NCBI GenBank assembly: GCA_963758295.1
Contig: CAVWUU010000004.1
Coordinates: forward strand, 608,001 to 672,000
DNA length: 64,000 bases
Source: Candidatus Eremiobacteria bacterium
Lineage (GTDB): Bacteria; Vulcanimicrobiota; Vulcanimicrobiia; Vulcanimicrobiales; Vulcanimicrobiaceae
Direction: 5' to 3'
Below, one piece after another: positions 1 through 9,654 of this stretch. The position numbers were made by a program, and so were the translations under genes. Numbering within the stretch: the stretch's first letter is position 1; each line of letters starts with the position of its first letter. A model generated the notes under the pieces. It had not been told where the DNA came from and did no database searches. It worked only from the letters and a program-made list of their open reading frames with translations.

Positions 1-199
1 ATTCGATATTGGTCGCAACGGCTTGCTCGACGATCGAAGCGTTGGCACCCGGATACGCTGTGCTTACCTGGACGGTCGGCGGCGTGATTTGCGGAAATTG
101 CGCGACCGGCAGCAGCACGAGCGCGATGGCACCCGCAAGCGCAATCACGAGCGAAAGCACCATGGCAAGTACGGGCCGCTCGATGAAAAAGCGCGACAC
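1..199 (-). CDS. RND efflux permease (AcrB/HAE1 family), N-terminal part; runs off the window
   Basis: Hand translation from GTG at 199 gives MSRFFIERPVLAMVLSLVIALAGAIALVLLPVAQFPQITPPTVQVSTAYPGANASIVEQAVATNIE, a classic AcrB N-terminus. It lies directly downstream of the membrane fusion protein gene. Confidence 0.93.
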   Translation of the reverse strand, partial: MSRFFIERPVLAMVLSLVIALAGAIALVLLPVAQFPQITPPTVQVSTAYPGANASIVEQAVATNIE

Positions 200-201
200 C
201 C

Positions 202-1482
202 TTACGGGCTCCGGTTTCCCGGCAGAACCGTGACCGGGGTGCCGGCCTGCAGCCGCGAGTTCGGCGAGAGCACGACTTGCTCGCCCGGTTTTAAGCCCGA
301 CGAGATGACCATCAGTTGGCCGTACGGCGTTCCGGTCTCGATGGAACGGAACTGGATCTTGTTCCCCGGCCCCACGACGTACACCATCGGTGTGCCCTGG
401 TACGCAGCCACGGCGCTTTGCGGCACGACGATGGCGTTGCGCTGCTCGGAGATCGTGAAGCGAACGCGCGCGAATTGTCCGGGGCGCAAAAACGCCGAGG
501 GGTTTGGAAAGATCGATTCGACGGAGATCGTGCCCGTAGTCGGATCGACGGCATTGTTGATGTTGGTGGCCCGCCCGCGATACGGATAGATCGCCCCGTT
601 GGAAAGGTACAGCTGCAGCTCGGGGGCCGCGCGTTGGCGCATTTCGACGAGTCGTTTTGCCACCTTCAGGTAGTCCGACTCGCTAAGCTGGAAAATCACT
701 TTCGTCGGATCGATACTCGAAACGGTTGCGAGCGTGGCATTCTTGCCGGGCCCCACGACGTTGCCCGGATCGACGTTCGCAAAACTGATGATGCCCGTCA
801 CGGGCGACGAGATCGTCGTGTAGCTCAAGTTCAGCTGCGCGTTGGTGAGTTGCGCTTCGGCTTGCGACACGCTGCCTTGCGCCGTGAGAATGCTCGTCTG
901 TTGCGTCAGCTCCACGTCTTTGACGTTTGCCTGGGCCGCTTGAACGTCGGCGACGGCAATGTCGTACTGCGTTTTTGTCTGATCGTAATCTTTTTGCGAG
1001 ACGGCATGCTTTGCCGCTAAGGGGCCCATGCGCGCGAGCTCGACCTTTTGATACTCGTAGGCTGCGTTAGCTTGGGCCAGTTTGGCCTTCGCCGATTGAT
1101 CGGCAACGTTGCTCTTCGCGTGCATCAGATCGGCGCGCGCTTTCTGCAGCGCACCGTCGGCCGCTTGAACGTCGGCCTGATAGGGCGCCTGTTGAATCTG
1201 CATCAAGAGCTGGCCGCGATGTACGAGCGTGCCGTTCTTGAAGTAGATGCGGTCGAGCGTGCCTTGCACGCGAGCCGTGAGGTCGACTTGTTGAAGCGCA
1301 GCCGTTTGAGCGACGTATTCAGCCGTCACCGGAACGGTCGTCGCTGTCGCCCGCGCAACGCGAACCGCCTGCGGAGGCGTATCGGCTTTCACTTGTGGCG
1401 CGCTGCAATGCGCCAGTCCAAGCGCGCATACTATCGTAGCGAATACGCCGAAACGCTGAAATGTCGCCGAAGCCAAAAGCAC
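202..1482 (-). CDS. RND efflux periplasmic adaptor (membrane fusion protein), probable lipoprotein
   Basis: LAHC lipobox-like segment, ARVQG, coiled-coil hairpin, ISSPVTG, VDPTTGT, LRPGQF, SGLKPGEQVV. Confidence 0.95.
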   Translation of the reverse strand: MLLASATFQRFGVFATIVCALGLAHCSAPQVKADTPPQAVRVARATATTVPVTAEYVAQTAALQQVDLTARVQGTLDRIYFKNGTLVHRGQLLMQIQQAPYQADVQAADGALQKARADLMHAKSNVADQSAKAKLAQANAAYEYQKVELARMGPLAAKHAVSQKDYDQTKTQYDIAVADVQAAQANVKDVELTQQTSILTAQGSVSQAEAQLTNAQLNLSYTTISSPVTGIISFANVDPGNVVGPGKNATLATVSSIDPTKVIFQLSESDYLKVAKRLVEMRQRAAPELQLYLSNGAIYPYRGRATNINNAVDPTTGTISVESIFPNPSAFLRPGQFARVRFTISEQRNAIVVPQSAVAAYQGTPMVYVVGPGNKIQFRSIETGTPYGQLMVISSGLKPGEQVVLSPNSRLQAGTPVTVLPGNRSP

Positions 1483-1581
1483 CCCCGACGCCGTTTGCGA
1501 AAAGTGCCTTCAGTATTGCACCCGGCAAGCCGCCTCACAATCCATGACGAAATGACCGAGTCTATTTACTCAGACGAGAAA

Positions 1582-1613
1582 CAATGGGCTCGATTGCTTA
1601 ACCGAGCCCATTG
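1582..1613 (-). terminator. Probable intrinsic terminator of the aspartyl protease gene
   Basis: Inverted repeat CAATGGGCTCG...CGAGCCCATTG ~20 nt past the stop, followed by TTTCTC on the minus strand. Confidence 0.55.
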
Positions 1614-1633
1614 AACGTTCGTCAGCGTCTTTC

Positions 1634-3493
1634 TTAGACGTAATCGGCGAGGGTCAGCGTCACGTCACGATCGCCGGCCGGTCCCTTTACGTGCAGATGG
1701 TACACCGTGCCGGCGGGTTGCTGGAACAGCGTGCGAACCTGTGCGAGGGACTGATCCGACGCCGGTTTTCCGTTTATCGTTTCGATAACGTCGCCTTTTG
1801 CCAGGTGATCGATCGCGGCAGGCGTTCCGGGCCGTGCGTCAATTACCGTGTACGCGCCCTTGTTGTCGATCAGGAACAAACCGGAGCGGTCGTACCCAAA
1901 CGGCGAGTCGTACGAACCGTTCTTCGCCAGAAGCATCTGATGGTGCGCGTAATCGAACGTTACGGTGAAACGCCGCCAGATCGCGCCGCCGAGATTCGCG
2001 GGGTTGTTGGGATCGGCAAACGCGCCTTTTTCGCCCGTCGTAAAATCGGCAATCGTCCCGTTGAGATCGAAGGGACCGATCTGCAGCGAATTCACGCGCC
2101 CGAGTTTTGCATATGACGGGCCGCCCACGCCGAACCCGGCAACGCCGTCGGAGGTTTTCGCTTGCGCGGCGATCGTGGGATGCGCGCTGACGAATGGCGA
2201 GCTGAGGGTTAGTGCGGCGCGGCTGCCCGTATCAACCTCGCCATTAGTGCTGATGCCGTCGATGGTAATCGGAACGCGCGGGATGGTGCGGTCGAAGAAA
2301 AAGTTCACGGCAGTAGCGCCCGCAACCGTTGCGGGCCTGCTGCTTGGCATCGCAAAGGTGACCTTGGCATTGGCGTAGTCGATCGTAGTGAGAAAACGCG
2401 CGACGGTCTGATAGCCGATCATTCCGTCGATCTTGACGCCCTCGGCAATGCCGAATCCCGTGCCGATGGGCAATACCAGCATGTACTGGTTGTGAATCGT
2501 CGCGGCACCGATCTCAATCGAATCTACTTTGGTGAATCCGGCCGCCTCCGTTTTACTGCCCACGCCGCCGATCTGCGTATTCCCCGACGTCTGGACGTTG
2601 AGCGCCGCCGCGACGTCGGGCGTAACGATCGAGTCACCGCCGGTATCCAGGATGAAGTTGTACGGGCCCTTTCCGTTCAGCATCAAGTGGACGTAGATGT
2701 GATTGTTGATTATGTCGATCGGCACCGTCGTCGATCCGCCGGCGACGCTGAAGTCCTTGACGGTTGATGCCGGAACGCCCATCTTCGAAGCGACATCTTC
2801 GTTGAACTTCACCGACGAAAGCGTTTGTGAAAACTCGTTGCCGTCGGACGTCTTAGTCGCGTTCTTGAACGGATAGTTTACGCCATCGACTTTGCGATAG
2901 CCGGACAGACGCGTATCGGTGGACACCAGTCCTACGGTGCTCGTCATACGATCGAGCAGATGCGTGCGCGGATTCACCCAGAAATCCATTTCGCTTCCGT
3001 GCGCCGGGGTAACGGCGACAACGTCATACGTAACGCCGCCTTCAGGCTTCTTGCCGAGCCAATGCACCGCCGCGCCGCCGAAGTCGGCGCGCAGAAAGGC
3101 GAGGTTATCGAAGTAGGCTTGATCGACCGACTGCGTACGCCCCGCAACACCGCCGTCGATCGTCACGAGACCGGCATAGTCTTCATTCCAGGCGCTAGAA
3201 CCGTCCCAGCCCGAGCCGCCGGTGATCGGTCCGCCGGATTGACGAGACGAAAAACGCAAACCCTTCGCGTCGTCCCACTCTTCCGCCGTCGCTTGAATGC
3301 CAAGTACCAGCGTCGTTCCGGCAACGTGAATTGACGAGATGGATGAAACCGGCCGGCTTAGCATTGCTTTTCGAAGTTCGGTGAGGGTCGCTTGAGCGGA
3401 TCCCTCCGGCGCAGCGGCGGCGGCAATGGCACAAAGCGGCAGCGCGCTCGCAAATAACACAGCAGCGAAAAATTTCGTTCCCATGTTGCGCAC
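1634..3493 (-). CDS. Secreted aspartyl protease (two retropepsin-like domains) with C-terminal PDZ domain
   Basis: Signal peptide; FILDTGG and EVDTGS catalytic motifs, each followed by a G-hydrophobic-G type motif (DGMIG, NLGG); PDZ-like tail GTPAA...KGDVIETING. Confidence 0.85.
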   Translation of the reverse strand: MRNMGTKFFAAVLFASALPLCAIAAAAAPEGSAQATLTELRKAMLSRPVSSISSIHVAGTTLVLGIQATAEEWDDAKGLRFSSRQSGGPITGGSGWDGSSAWNEDYAGLVTIDGGVAGRTQSVDQAYFDNLAFLRADFGGAAVHWLGKKPEGGVTYDVVAVTPAHGSEMDFWVNPRTHLLDRMTSTVGLVSTDTRLSGYRKVDGVNYPFKNATKTSDGNEFSQTLSSVKFNEDVASKMGVPASTVKDFSVAGGSTTVPIDIINNHIYVHLMLNGKGPYNFILDTGGDSIVTPDVAAALNVQTSGNTQIGGVGSKTEAAGFTKVDSIEIGAATIHNQYMLVLPIGTGFGIAEGVKIDGMIGYQTVARFLTTIDYANAKVTFAMPSSRPATVAGATAVNFFFDRTIPRVPITIDGISTNGEVDTGSRAALTLSSPFVSAHPTIAAQAKTSDGVAGFGVGGPSYAKLGRVNSLQIGPFDLNGTIADFTTGEKGAFADPNNPANLGGAIWRRFTVTFDYAHHQMLLAKNGSYDSPFGYDRSGLFLIDNKGAYTVIDARPGTPAAIDHLAKGDVIETINGKPASDQSLAQVRTLFQQPAGTVYHLHVKGPAGDRDVTLTLADYV

Positions 3494-3517
3494 TACGGGG
3501 GCAGATGGGAAAGTGTT

Positions 3518-3670
3518 TCAGGTCTGGCCGCCTTCTTTCGCAGGAATGATCTTTTGCGGATCGGTTCCGGAACGATGCAGGCCACTCTTCTGCTGATCGT
3601 CTTCTTGCGCGGCGGGCGGTTCGATGGCTGCGGGGTCGTGTTCGGCTTCATCTCTTCTACGGTCGTCCAT
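3518..3670 (-). CDS. Small hydrophilic hypothetical protein (50 aa)
   Basis: Hand translation MDDRRRDEAEHDPAAIEPPAAQEDDQQKSGLHRSGTDPQKIIPAKEGGQT*; fills the gap between co-directional genes; below the ORF-track cutoff. Confidence 0.5.
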   Translation of the reverse strand: MDDRRRDEAEHDPAAIEPPAAQEDDQQKSGLHRSGTDPQKIIPAKEGGQT

Positions 3671-3694
3671 TGCGCGGTTTTACCCGAATGCGCG

Positions 3695-3835
3695 CTATCC
3701 GCCGGCACTTTCGAAACCCGGATCAACAGTCGGACATTCAACGCCCGCTTCCTCGCACGCCGAACAATGGCGGCCACGATGCAACTGCATCGAGTGCCCG
3801 CACCCGGGACAATTCTCTGGTGTGTCTTGCTGCAT
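3695..3835 (-). CDS. Small Cys/His-rich putative zinc-binding protein (46 aa)
   Basis: Hand translation MQQDTPENCPGCGHSMQLHRGRHCSACEEAGVECPTVDPGFESAGG*; CxxCxH...H...HCxxC...C pattern; purine-rich AAGAAGGGG just upstream. Confidence 0.62.
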   Translation of the reverse strand: MQQDTPENCPGCGHSMQLHRGRHCSACEEAGVECPTVDPGFESAGG

Positions 3836-3899
3836 GCCCCTTCTTACCCATCGGTTCGTTTCGGAAAGGTTGCCGCTATGCGGAGGAGTATCTCCTCGC

Positions 3900-5321
3900 G
3901 TGCGCCGCTTGCTTGCCGTCTTCTTCTGCGCCTTCTGGCTGGTGCCGGGCTTGGCTCAGGCTGCGCCCGGCGTGGCGTCGTTTACAATCACGGCGCAGCA
4001 GATCGCGCTCTACACCGACCGCAGCGCGCTCCTCGCCGACGGGGGTGTGTCTGTGCGCTCCCAGGCGTTGCAAATCACGTCGACGCGAGCGCTTTACGAT
4101 GTGAAGGCCAACACGCTCACGGCAACCGGAAATGTTACCGTCACGGAAAATGCAGCCGCCGCAAGCGGTGCCGCTTATATTTACGACTTCAAGACCTCGC
4201 ACGGCCACTTCTTGGAAAGCGCAACACTGCCGCAGTACTCAACCTCGGAGGCAACCGCAATTGCCCAACAAGTCGAGTTGCATCCCGCGACGTCGATTCT
4301 TTTCAGCAATGCGCAAGTTCGCACCGGCAGCGTGCTGACGCCGATCGCCTCGTACGAATATACGATTCCGCCACCCGGCGCCAAAGACTTCGGCTATTCG
4401 CCCGTTCCCAGCGCCGCGCTCGAGGAGTACCTCCGGCTCGGAGCGGATCGGAATGCGTATTCGTTCGCACGCGTGCGTTACGACCGGTACAACGGCGGTC
4501 CGGGGGCGGGCTTGGAAGAGCACTATGCACGGACGGACCGAGGATACATCGCCGTTGGGCAAACGCTCGACGTGGATGGTGCGCGCTTCGATCTCGCGGC
4601 GTTTCAGCGACTCAACGCGAGTCTTACGCAATCGCTCACAGGATCGTCACTTTTCGGCACGCGATCCTTACGCTATGCGTTGAATCTCAGCGGGCGCGAA
4701 GGTTACTCGTCGCTCTCGTCCTTTCAATATAACAATACGCGGTCTGATGATTTATACCTAACCGACAACCAGCACCCCATTGGCAAGGTTGGCCAGCTCC
4801 GCGAACAAGTCGACTTCGGCCACGACGTTCACCCAACGGATTACATGGGCAGCCAAGATTTCCGCGTAACGCCGGGACTGCATTTCGACACGGCTAGCGT
4901 CCGCGTTGGCCGCGCTACACTCTCGAGTTCCGCCGATATCGGCGAAAGCTGGTACGACTACGGCCGCGCGACGCTTGCGACCGGCGTGTCGTTCTGGGAC
5001 ACGTACGTTGCGAATCCGAAAGTGCAGTTCAATGCCGGCGCGACGTTCACGCACGACGCGCCGCCGTTTCCCTCAACGTATCGCACTTACGTAGTTGGAA
5101 GTACGTGGAAGGCGAGCAATGCCTTCGCTCTCATTTCATCATTGACGTATGCGCACGACTACGGCCAATACCTCGGCGTCGGCCGCCCCGAGTTCAGCGC
5201 CGCGTTCGACGTGCGCTTTCGCCGCAAAAATGGTACCGGCATCGAAGTCGGCAGCATCATTCCGTTTGGCACGGGCAACCTTTACCACGCCGGCGGCTTC
5301 AATCTGCGCTTCTTCAAGTAG
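3900..5321 (+). CDS. Exported LptD/OstA-like outer-membrane protein
   Basis: Start reassigned to GTG 3900 (GGAGGAG upstream); signal peptide ending AQA-A; OstA-like beta-jellyroll pattern (ITAQQI..LLADGGV..LTATGNV); aromatic beta-strand C-terminus FNLRFFK. Confidence 0.55.
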   Translation: MRRLLAVFFCAFWLVPGLAQAAPGVASFTITAQQIALYTDRSALLADGGVSVRSQALQITSTRALYDVKANTLTATGNVTVTENAAAASGAAYIYDFKTSHGHFLESATLPQYSTSEATAIAQQVELHPATSILFSNAQVRTGSVLTPIASYEYTIPPPGAKDFGYSPVPSAALEEYLRLGADRNAYSFARVRYDRYNGGPGAGLEEHYARTDRGYIAVGQTLDVDGARFDLAAFQRLNASLTQSLTGSSLFGTRSLRYALNLSGREGYSSLSSFQYNNTRSDDLYLTDNQHPIGKVGQLREQVDFGHDVHPTDYMGSQDFRVTPGLHFDTASVRVGRATLSSSADIGESWYDYGRATLATGVSFWDTYVANPKVQFNAGATFTHDAPPFPSTYRTYVVGSTWKASNAFALISSLTYAHDYGQYLGVGRPEFSAAFDVRFRRKNGTGIEVGSIIPFGTGNLYHAGGFNLRFFK

Positions 5322-5407
5322 CGGCCGCATTCCGACGCCATGTGGTCGCTAAACGTGACGCGCCGGCTCGGAGAGAAATCCTCACCGGCGCGAAACCACA
5401 TGGAAAT

Positions 5408-6121
5408 CTAGCGATCCGTTTTATCTTTTACATTAGCGGGGTCGACATCGACGTCACTATCGAATTGCACGCGTTCTTTGCGTACGTCTGCCCCGACGGT
5501 TTGCGTTTCTTGAATGCGCCGCTTTCCAACGACGATTTCTTCGGTCGTAACCGGCGTCTTCTCTACCCGAACCTCTTCGCGCGTAACCGGAATACGAATC
5601 TCTTCGTTTCCGTCGGCTAGCTCATTTGCTGAGGCCTCACTGTTGACGGGACGGCGCTCAACGTAGACTTCTTCGCGCATAGTTGGAACGTCGATGTCCT
5701 GGTGCTCGACTGCCACCTCTTTGCGCGCGCGAAACTCGCCATCACCAACTTGCTCCGTCTGTACCTTCAGACGTTCTTCGTGTAATGTGAGCCGTTGCTC
5801 CGCGAGCGACTCCTGGGACGACTGCGAGAGGTCGCTTTGCTCATCAGCGCTCATTCTTCCGCCGTACCTGCGAACAATGGACATTGTATCTTCATCCGCG
5901 GCATCCAGCGTAAGAAACGCTGCACGTGAGTGGTCAGAATCGCTTGCCGGCGCAGCGCCGAAGAATTCACGCACCCGCTCCATGAATCCACCGTTCCCGG
6001 ATGTCGACGCGCTCGAACTCGAATGAAGCTGAGACGATACACCGCGCCCGTCGAGTGCGTTTTGTGCGTCCCGAGCGTTCTCTTGGTTGTCAAAATAGAT
6101 CGTTGTGGTTCCTGATTGCAT
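5408..6121 (-). CDS. YsnF/AvaK (DUF2382) domain stress-response protein
   Basis: LTLHEERL, VPTMREEVYVERRPV, IRIPVTREEVRVEKTPVTTEEIVVGKR, DVRKE motifs. Confidence 0.9.
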   Translation of the reverse strand: MQSGTTTIYFDNQENARDAQNALDGRGVSSQLHSSSSASTSGNGGFMERVREFFGAAPASDSDHSRAAFLTLDAADEDTMSIVRRYGGRMSADEQSDLSQSSQESLAEQRLTLHEERLKVQTEQVGDGEFRARKEVAVEHQDIDVPTMREEVYVERRPVNSEASANELADGNEEIRIPVTREEVRVEKTPVTTEEIVVGKRRIQETQTVGADVRKERVQFDSDVDVDPANVKDKTDR

Positions 6122-6271
6122 TCGCGGCTTACCAGCCTTTCGGATTGGCGTGATGGCCTTATTTACCGTTCGGCATGTGCACGAAAACGTGCATGCCTAC
6201 CATGCACCCAACCAATCCATGAAGCTGTACCCGTCCGTTTGCTTAGGGCGAACGCCCGAATTGGTGGACTA

Positions 6272-6418
6272 ATGAATCAACGCTTTGTCCGCGGTGCTGC
6301 ATTCGCTTGCGTGCTACTTTGGTTCACCCTCGCTTGCATTACTCGGACGCCTGGCTGGAGACGGCACCGCCGTGTAAGCGCGGAAGGCCGGCCCCTGCGT
6401 CGAAAGTCTGCCGCATGA
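6272..6418 (+). CDS. Possible small membrane peptide (48 aa) coupled to solA
   Basis: MNQRFVRGAAFACVLLWFTLAC... hydrophobic stretch; GGTGG upstream; its stop overlaps the solA start (ATGA). Confidence 0.25.
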   Translation: MNQRFVRGAAFACVLLWFTLACITRTPGWRRHRRVSAEGRPLRRKSAA

Positions 6419-7563
6419 CGGACACGTACGATGTCGTCGTTGCCGGATTGGGCGGCATGGGAAGCGCCGTTCTTGCGCACTGCGCGTTGCGTGGCGTTCG
6501 CGTGTTGGGCGTCGAGCAGTTCAAGCGCGGACACGAGTTGGGCGCATCTGCCGGCAAAACGCGCATTATCCGTCAGGCTTACTACGAAGACCCGGCATAC
6601 GTGCCGCTCTTACTTCGCGCGTACGAACTATGGACCGACCTCGAGCGACAAACGGGCGAAACGGTCATGCGCATCACCGGGCTGCTCATGGCCGGTTTGC
6701 CGGAAAGCGAAGTCATTGCCGGGTCAACCAAAGCGGCGCGGAAATGGGATCTTCCGGTCGAGCACCTTTCCTCGAGCGACGTGCGCAACCGATTTTCGAC
6801 TCTACAAATACGCGACGACGAAGCGGCGATCTACGAGCGTGCCGGCGGCGTGATTTTCCCGGAAGCCGCGGTAGGCGCGCACTTGAAACTTGCGGAACGG
6901 CACGGTGCGGAAACGCGGTTCAACACTCGCATTGAATCATGGCATAGCAACCACAACCGCGTCGCTATACGTCTTTCCAACGGCGCTGAAATCCACGCCG
7001 GGTCGTTGGTCTTAAGCCTCGGGCCGTGGAGCGATCGCGAATTTCATGCGCTCGGTGTGCCGTTCGAAGTGCAACGAAACGTCCAAGTGTGGTTCGAGCC
7101 GCTTACTCACGTCTACGATGCCGGAACCTTTCCCGTTTTCTTTTTGGACCGAGAGGACTTACCGGCGCCGGTCTATGGATTTCCCGATTTCGGCAACGGC
7201 GTGAAGGCAGCGTTTCACGGATTAGGGGTAGCGACACGCGCCAATACGTTGGACCGTTCGATCGATGAAGCGCGCGACGTAGAGCCCCTTGCAGCGGTGC
7301 TTGACCATTGGATGCCCGGCGCAGCGGGACGATTTGTTGAAGCGAAGGCGTGCATGTATTCGCTCACACCGGATCGCCATTTCGTCGTCGACCTTCACCC
7401 ACATCATCCCAACGTCGTTGTGCTTGGCGGCTTTTCGGGCCACGGCTTCAAGTTCGCCAGTGTCATCGGCGAAATAGGTGCAGATCTCGCGATGTCACGC
7501 ATAACACGCCACGACGTTCGTTTTTTATCCTCTCGACGTTTCCACTCACCTTCGTCATCCTGA
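6415..7563 (+). CDS. solA: N-methyl-L-tryptophan oxidase / monomeric sarcosine oxidase family flavoprotein
   Basis: Start reassigned to ATG 6415; VVAGLGGMG FAD motif, TRIIRQAYYE, ACMYSLTPD, GFSGHGFKF. Confidence 0.9.
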   Translation: MTDTYDVVVAGLGGMGSAVLAHCALRGVRVLGVEQFKRGHELGASAGKTRIIRQAYYEDPAYVPLLLRAYELWTDLERQTGETVMRITGLLMAGLPESEVIAGSTKAARKWDLPVEHLSSSDVRNRFSTLQIRDDEAAIYERAGGVIFPEAAVGAHLKLAERHGAETRFNTRIESWHSNHNRVAIRLSNGAEIHAGSLVLSLGPWSDREFHALGVPFEVQRNVQVWFEPLTHVYDAGTFPVFFLDREDLPAPVYGFPDFGNGVKAAFHGLGVATRANTLDRSIDEARDVEPLAAVLDHWMPGAAGRFVEAKACMYSLTPDRHFVVDLHPHHPNVVVLGGFSGHGFKFASVIGEIGADLAMSRITRHDVRFLSSRRFHSPSSS

Positions 7564-8337
7564 GCTTGTCGAAGGACGAGCGCATCTCACCAATGCTGAT
7601 ATGCGAACTGTTGCGTTTGAAACCGAGCGCGCATATCCGCATCGCTTGGTATGCGCCTGTGCTTCGACGGGGCTCAGGATGACGGGGGGAATTGTATGGA
7701 GCGCGCGTTTGCTGAGAGTGCGAGTTTCGTCATCCTGAGCTTGTCGAAGGACGAGCGTATCTCACCAATGCTGATAGGCGAACTGTTGCGTTTGAAAACA
7801 GAGCGCCACATATCCGCATCGCTTGGTATGCGCCTGTCCTTCGACGGGGCTCAGGATGACGGGGGAATTGTAGGAGTGCGAGTTTCGTCATCCTGAGCTT
7901 GTCGAAGGACGAGCGCACCTCACCGCTGCTGATATGCGAACTGTTGCGTTTCAAAGCCGAGCGCGCATATCCGCATCGCTTGGTATGCGCCTGTCCTTCG
8001 ACCGGGCTCAGGATGACGGGGGAAATTGTAGGAGGTGCGAGTTTCGTCATGCTGAGCTTGTCGAAGGACGAGCGCATCTCACCAATGCTGATATACGAAC
8101 TGCTGCGTTGGAAAACCGAGCGGCACATATCCGCATCGCTTGGTATGCGCCTGTCCTTCGACGGGGCTCAGGATGACGGGGGAATTGGAGGAGGGTGCGA
8201 GTTTCGTCATCCTGAGCTTGTCGAAGGACCAGCGCATCTCACCAATGCTGATATACGAACTGTTGCGTTGGAAAACCGAGCGGCACATATCCGCATCGCT
8301 TGGTATGCGCCTGTCCTTCGACGGGGCTCAGGATGAC
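7554..8337. repeat. Tandem array of five ~130 bp REP-bounded (BIME/REPIN-like) palindromic units
   Basis: Units start at 7554, 7729, 7887, 8046 and 8206. Each reads GTCATCCTGAGCTTGTCGAAGGA - conserved ~85 nt core - TCCTTCGACGGGGCTCAGGATGAC. Confidence 0.95.
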
Positions 8338-9299
8338 GGGGAAATTATGTGTGGAGCGGCGGGTTTGCGGAGGAGGGTGCGAGTGGAGACGGCGATCTGC
8401 AGGGCCAGCACGAAGATTGCGCCGATGAGGAAGTAGAGCGCGCCGGTGTTATAGCGGGCGACGGGCGACTCGATCAACGGCGAGGCTTGAAGCGTCACCG
8501 CGATGCCGGCTATCGTGACAACGCTTGCGACGATGCGAAGAGCTTCATGGGCGGCGGCAAACTGAGGCCGCACGAAGAGCACGAGCGCAGATGCTGCGAG
8601 AATGGCGGTTCCGGCGATCGTGCCGATATACGCGCCGTGCCATGCGGGCGTGAGCGAAATTTGCATGGCTTGCAACGTGTTCCCCAAAACGGCGTCAAAC
8701 GGAATGTGATGCGGACGCGTGGCGTCGAGCAAGACAAGCAGTGCGAGAAAGTTGGCAATAAACTCGGCGATCGAAGACGTACGCGGAACCGGTGGCCTCG
8801 CATTCGGCGCAGGCAGCCGGCGCGGATCCCACTTCAGCGGGTTAAAAAGATTCGTGCGGTTCGGCGTGCGTTCGCTCAGCGCGAAGATGACCGTCACGAT
8901 GCCGAAGATCCAGATCAGCGAATTCCATGCGGCGCCAAGAGCTTCAAAGAATAAGAAGCCGTTGTGCGTTACGAGCGACGAGATTGCACCGGCCAGCAGC
9001 TCGATGGTGACGACGACGACCATCACGAGTCGCAGCGCGGAGAAATAGAACGGAAACGCTTCCGGCCCTACCAGATACTGCACGCGGTTATATCGTCCCG
9101 CGACGACGCGCGGGTGACCGTACGTTTTGAGAATTGCTGCCTGCTCTTCTTCGGTCAACGGCCGCCCAAGCGTTGACGAACGTTCATCAAACTGCGACTG
9201 CAAATCGTCGCCTATTTCTGCGACGATGTCGGCTACGGGCTGATCCTTCGGAAGGTCGTTTTGGACGGCATAAAGATAGCGATCGAGCATTGATGACAT
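8328..9299 (-). CDS. Membrane protein with N-terminal HAAS-like signalling domain (PadR partner)
   Basis: LDRYLYAV..LP..DIVAEI....YGHP N-terminus followed by several TM helices; directly downstream of the PadR gene. Confidence 0.75.
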   Translation of the reverse strand: MSSMLDRYLYAVQNDLPKDQPVADIVAEIGDDLQSQFDERSSTLGRPLTEEEQAAILKTYGHPRVVAGRYNRVQYLVGPEAFPFYFSALRLVMVVVVTIELLAGAISSLVTHNGFLFFEALGAAWNSLIWIFGIVTVIFALSERTPNRTNLFNPLKWDPRRLPAPNARPPVPRTSSIAEFIANFLALLVLLDATRPHHIPFDAVLGNTLQAMQISLTPAWHGAYIGTIAGTAILAASALVLFVRPQFAAAHEALRIVASVVTIAGIAVTLQASPLIESPVARYNTGALYFLIGAIFVLALQIAVSTRTLLRKPAAPHIISPSS

Positions 9300-9302
9300 G
9301 AA

Positions 9303-9645
9303 CTACGTCTCCGCGATGATCCGGTCGAGGGAAGCATTGATACGATGCAACTCGGCCGATAGTTGTTTGAAAATTTGCTCGCCGGCGGGCAGTAAACGGT
9401 AGAAGCGTTTGCGGCGCTTGTTCTCTTCTCGCCACTCGCTTCGCAGCAGTCCCTGGCTTTCGAGGCGGCGTAGCAGCGGGTAAAGGGTGCCCTCGTCGAT
9501 CTCGAGTCCCGCTTCCTCGAGGGCTTTACGCAGGGTGTATCCGTAGCGCTCGGTGCGCAGCTGAGACAGGACCGCGAGCGTCAGGCATCCCCGCCTCAAC
9601 TCCAGCCCGCAGATTCTCGAAGAGCCCCTGCGATGCGCCGTTCAT
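9303..9645 (-). CDS. PadR family transcriptional regulator (apparent +1 frameshift near the 5' end)
   Basis: RYGY, IDEGTLYPLLRRLE..GLL, RKRFYRL. Removing one base of CCC 9606-9608 gives MNGASQGLFENLRLELRRGCLTLAVL from ATG 9645. Confidence 0.9.
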
Positions 9646-9654
9646 ACCGTTTCC

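Noticed and set aside
7554..8337. CRISPR array or protein-coding repeats (ORFs with VILSLSKD / RHPELVEG)
   Set aside because: The units are ~160 bp palindromic copies, and the ORFs appear in several frames on both strands as by-products of the repeat
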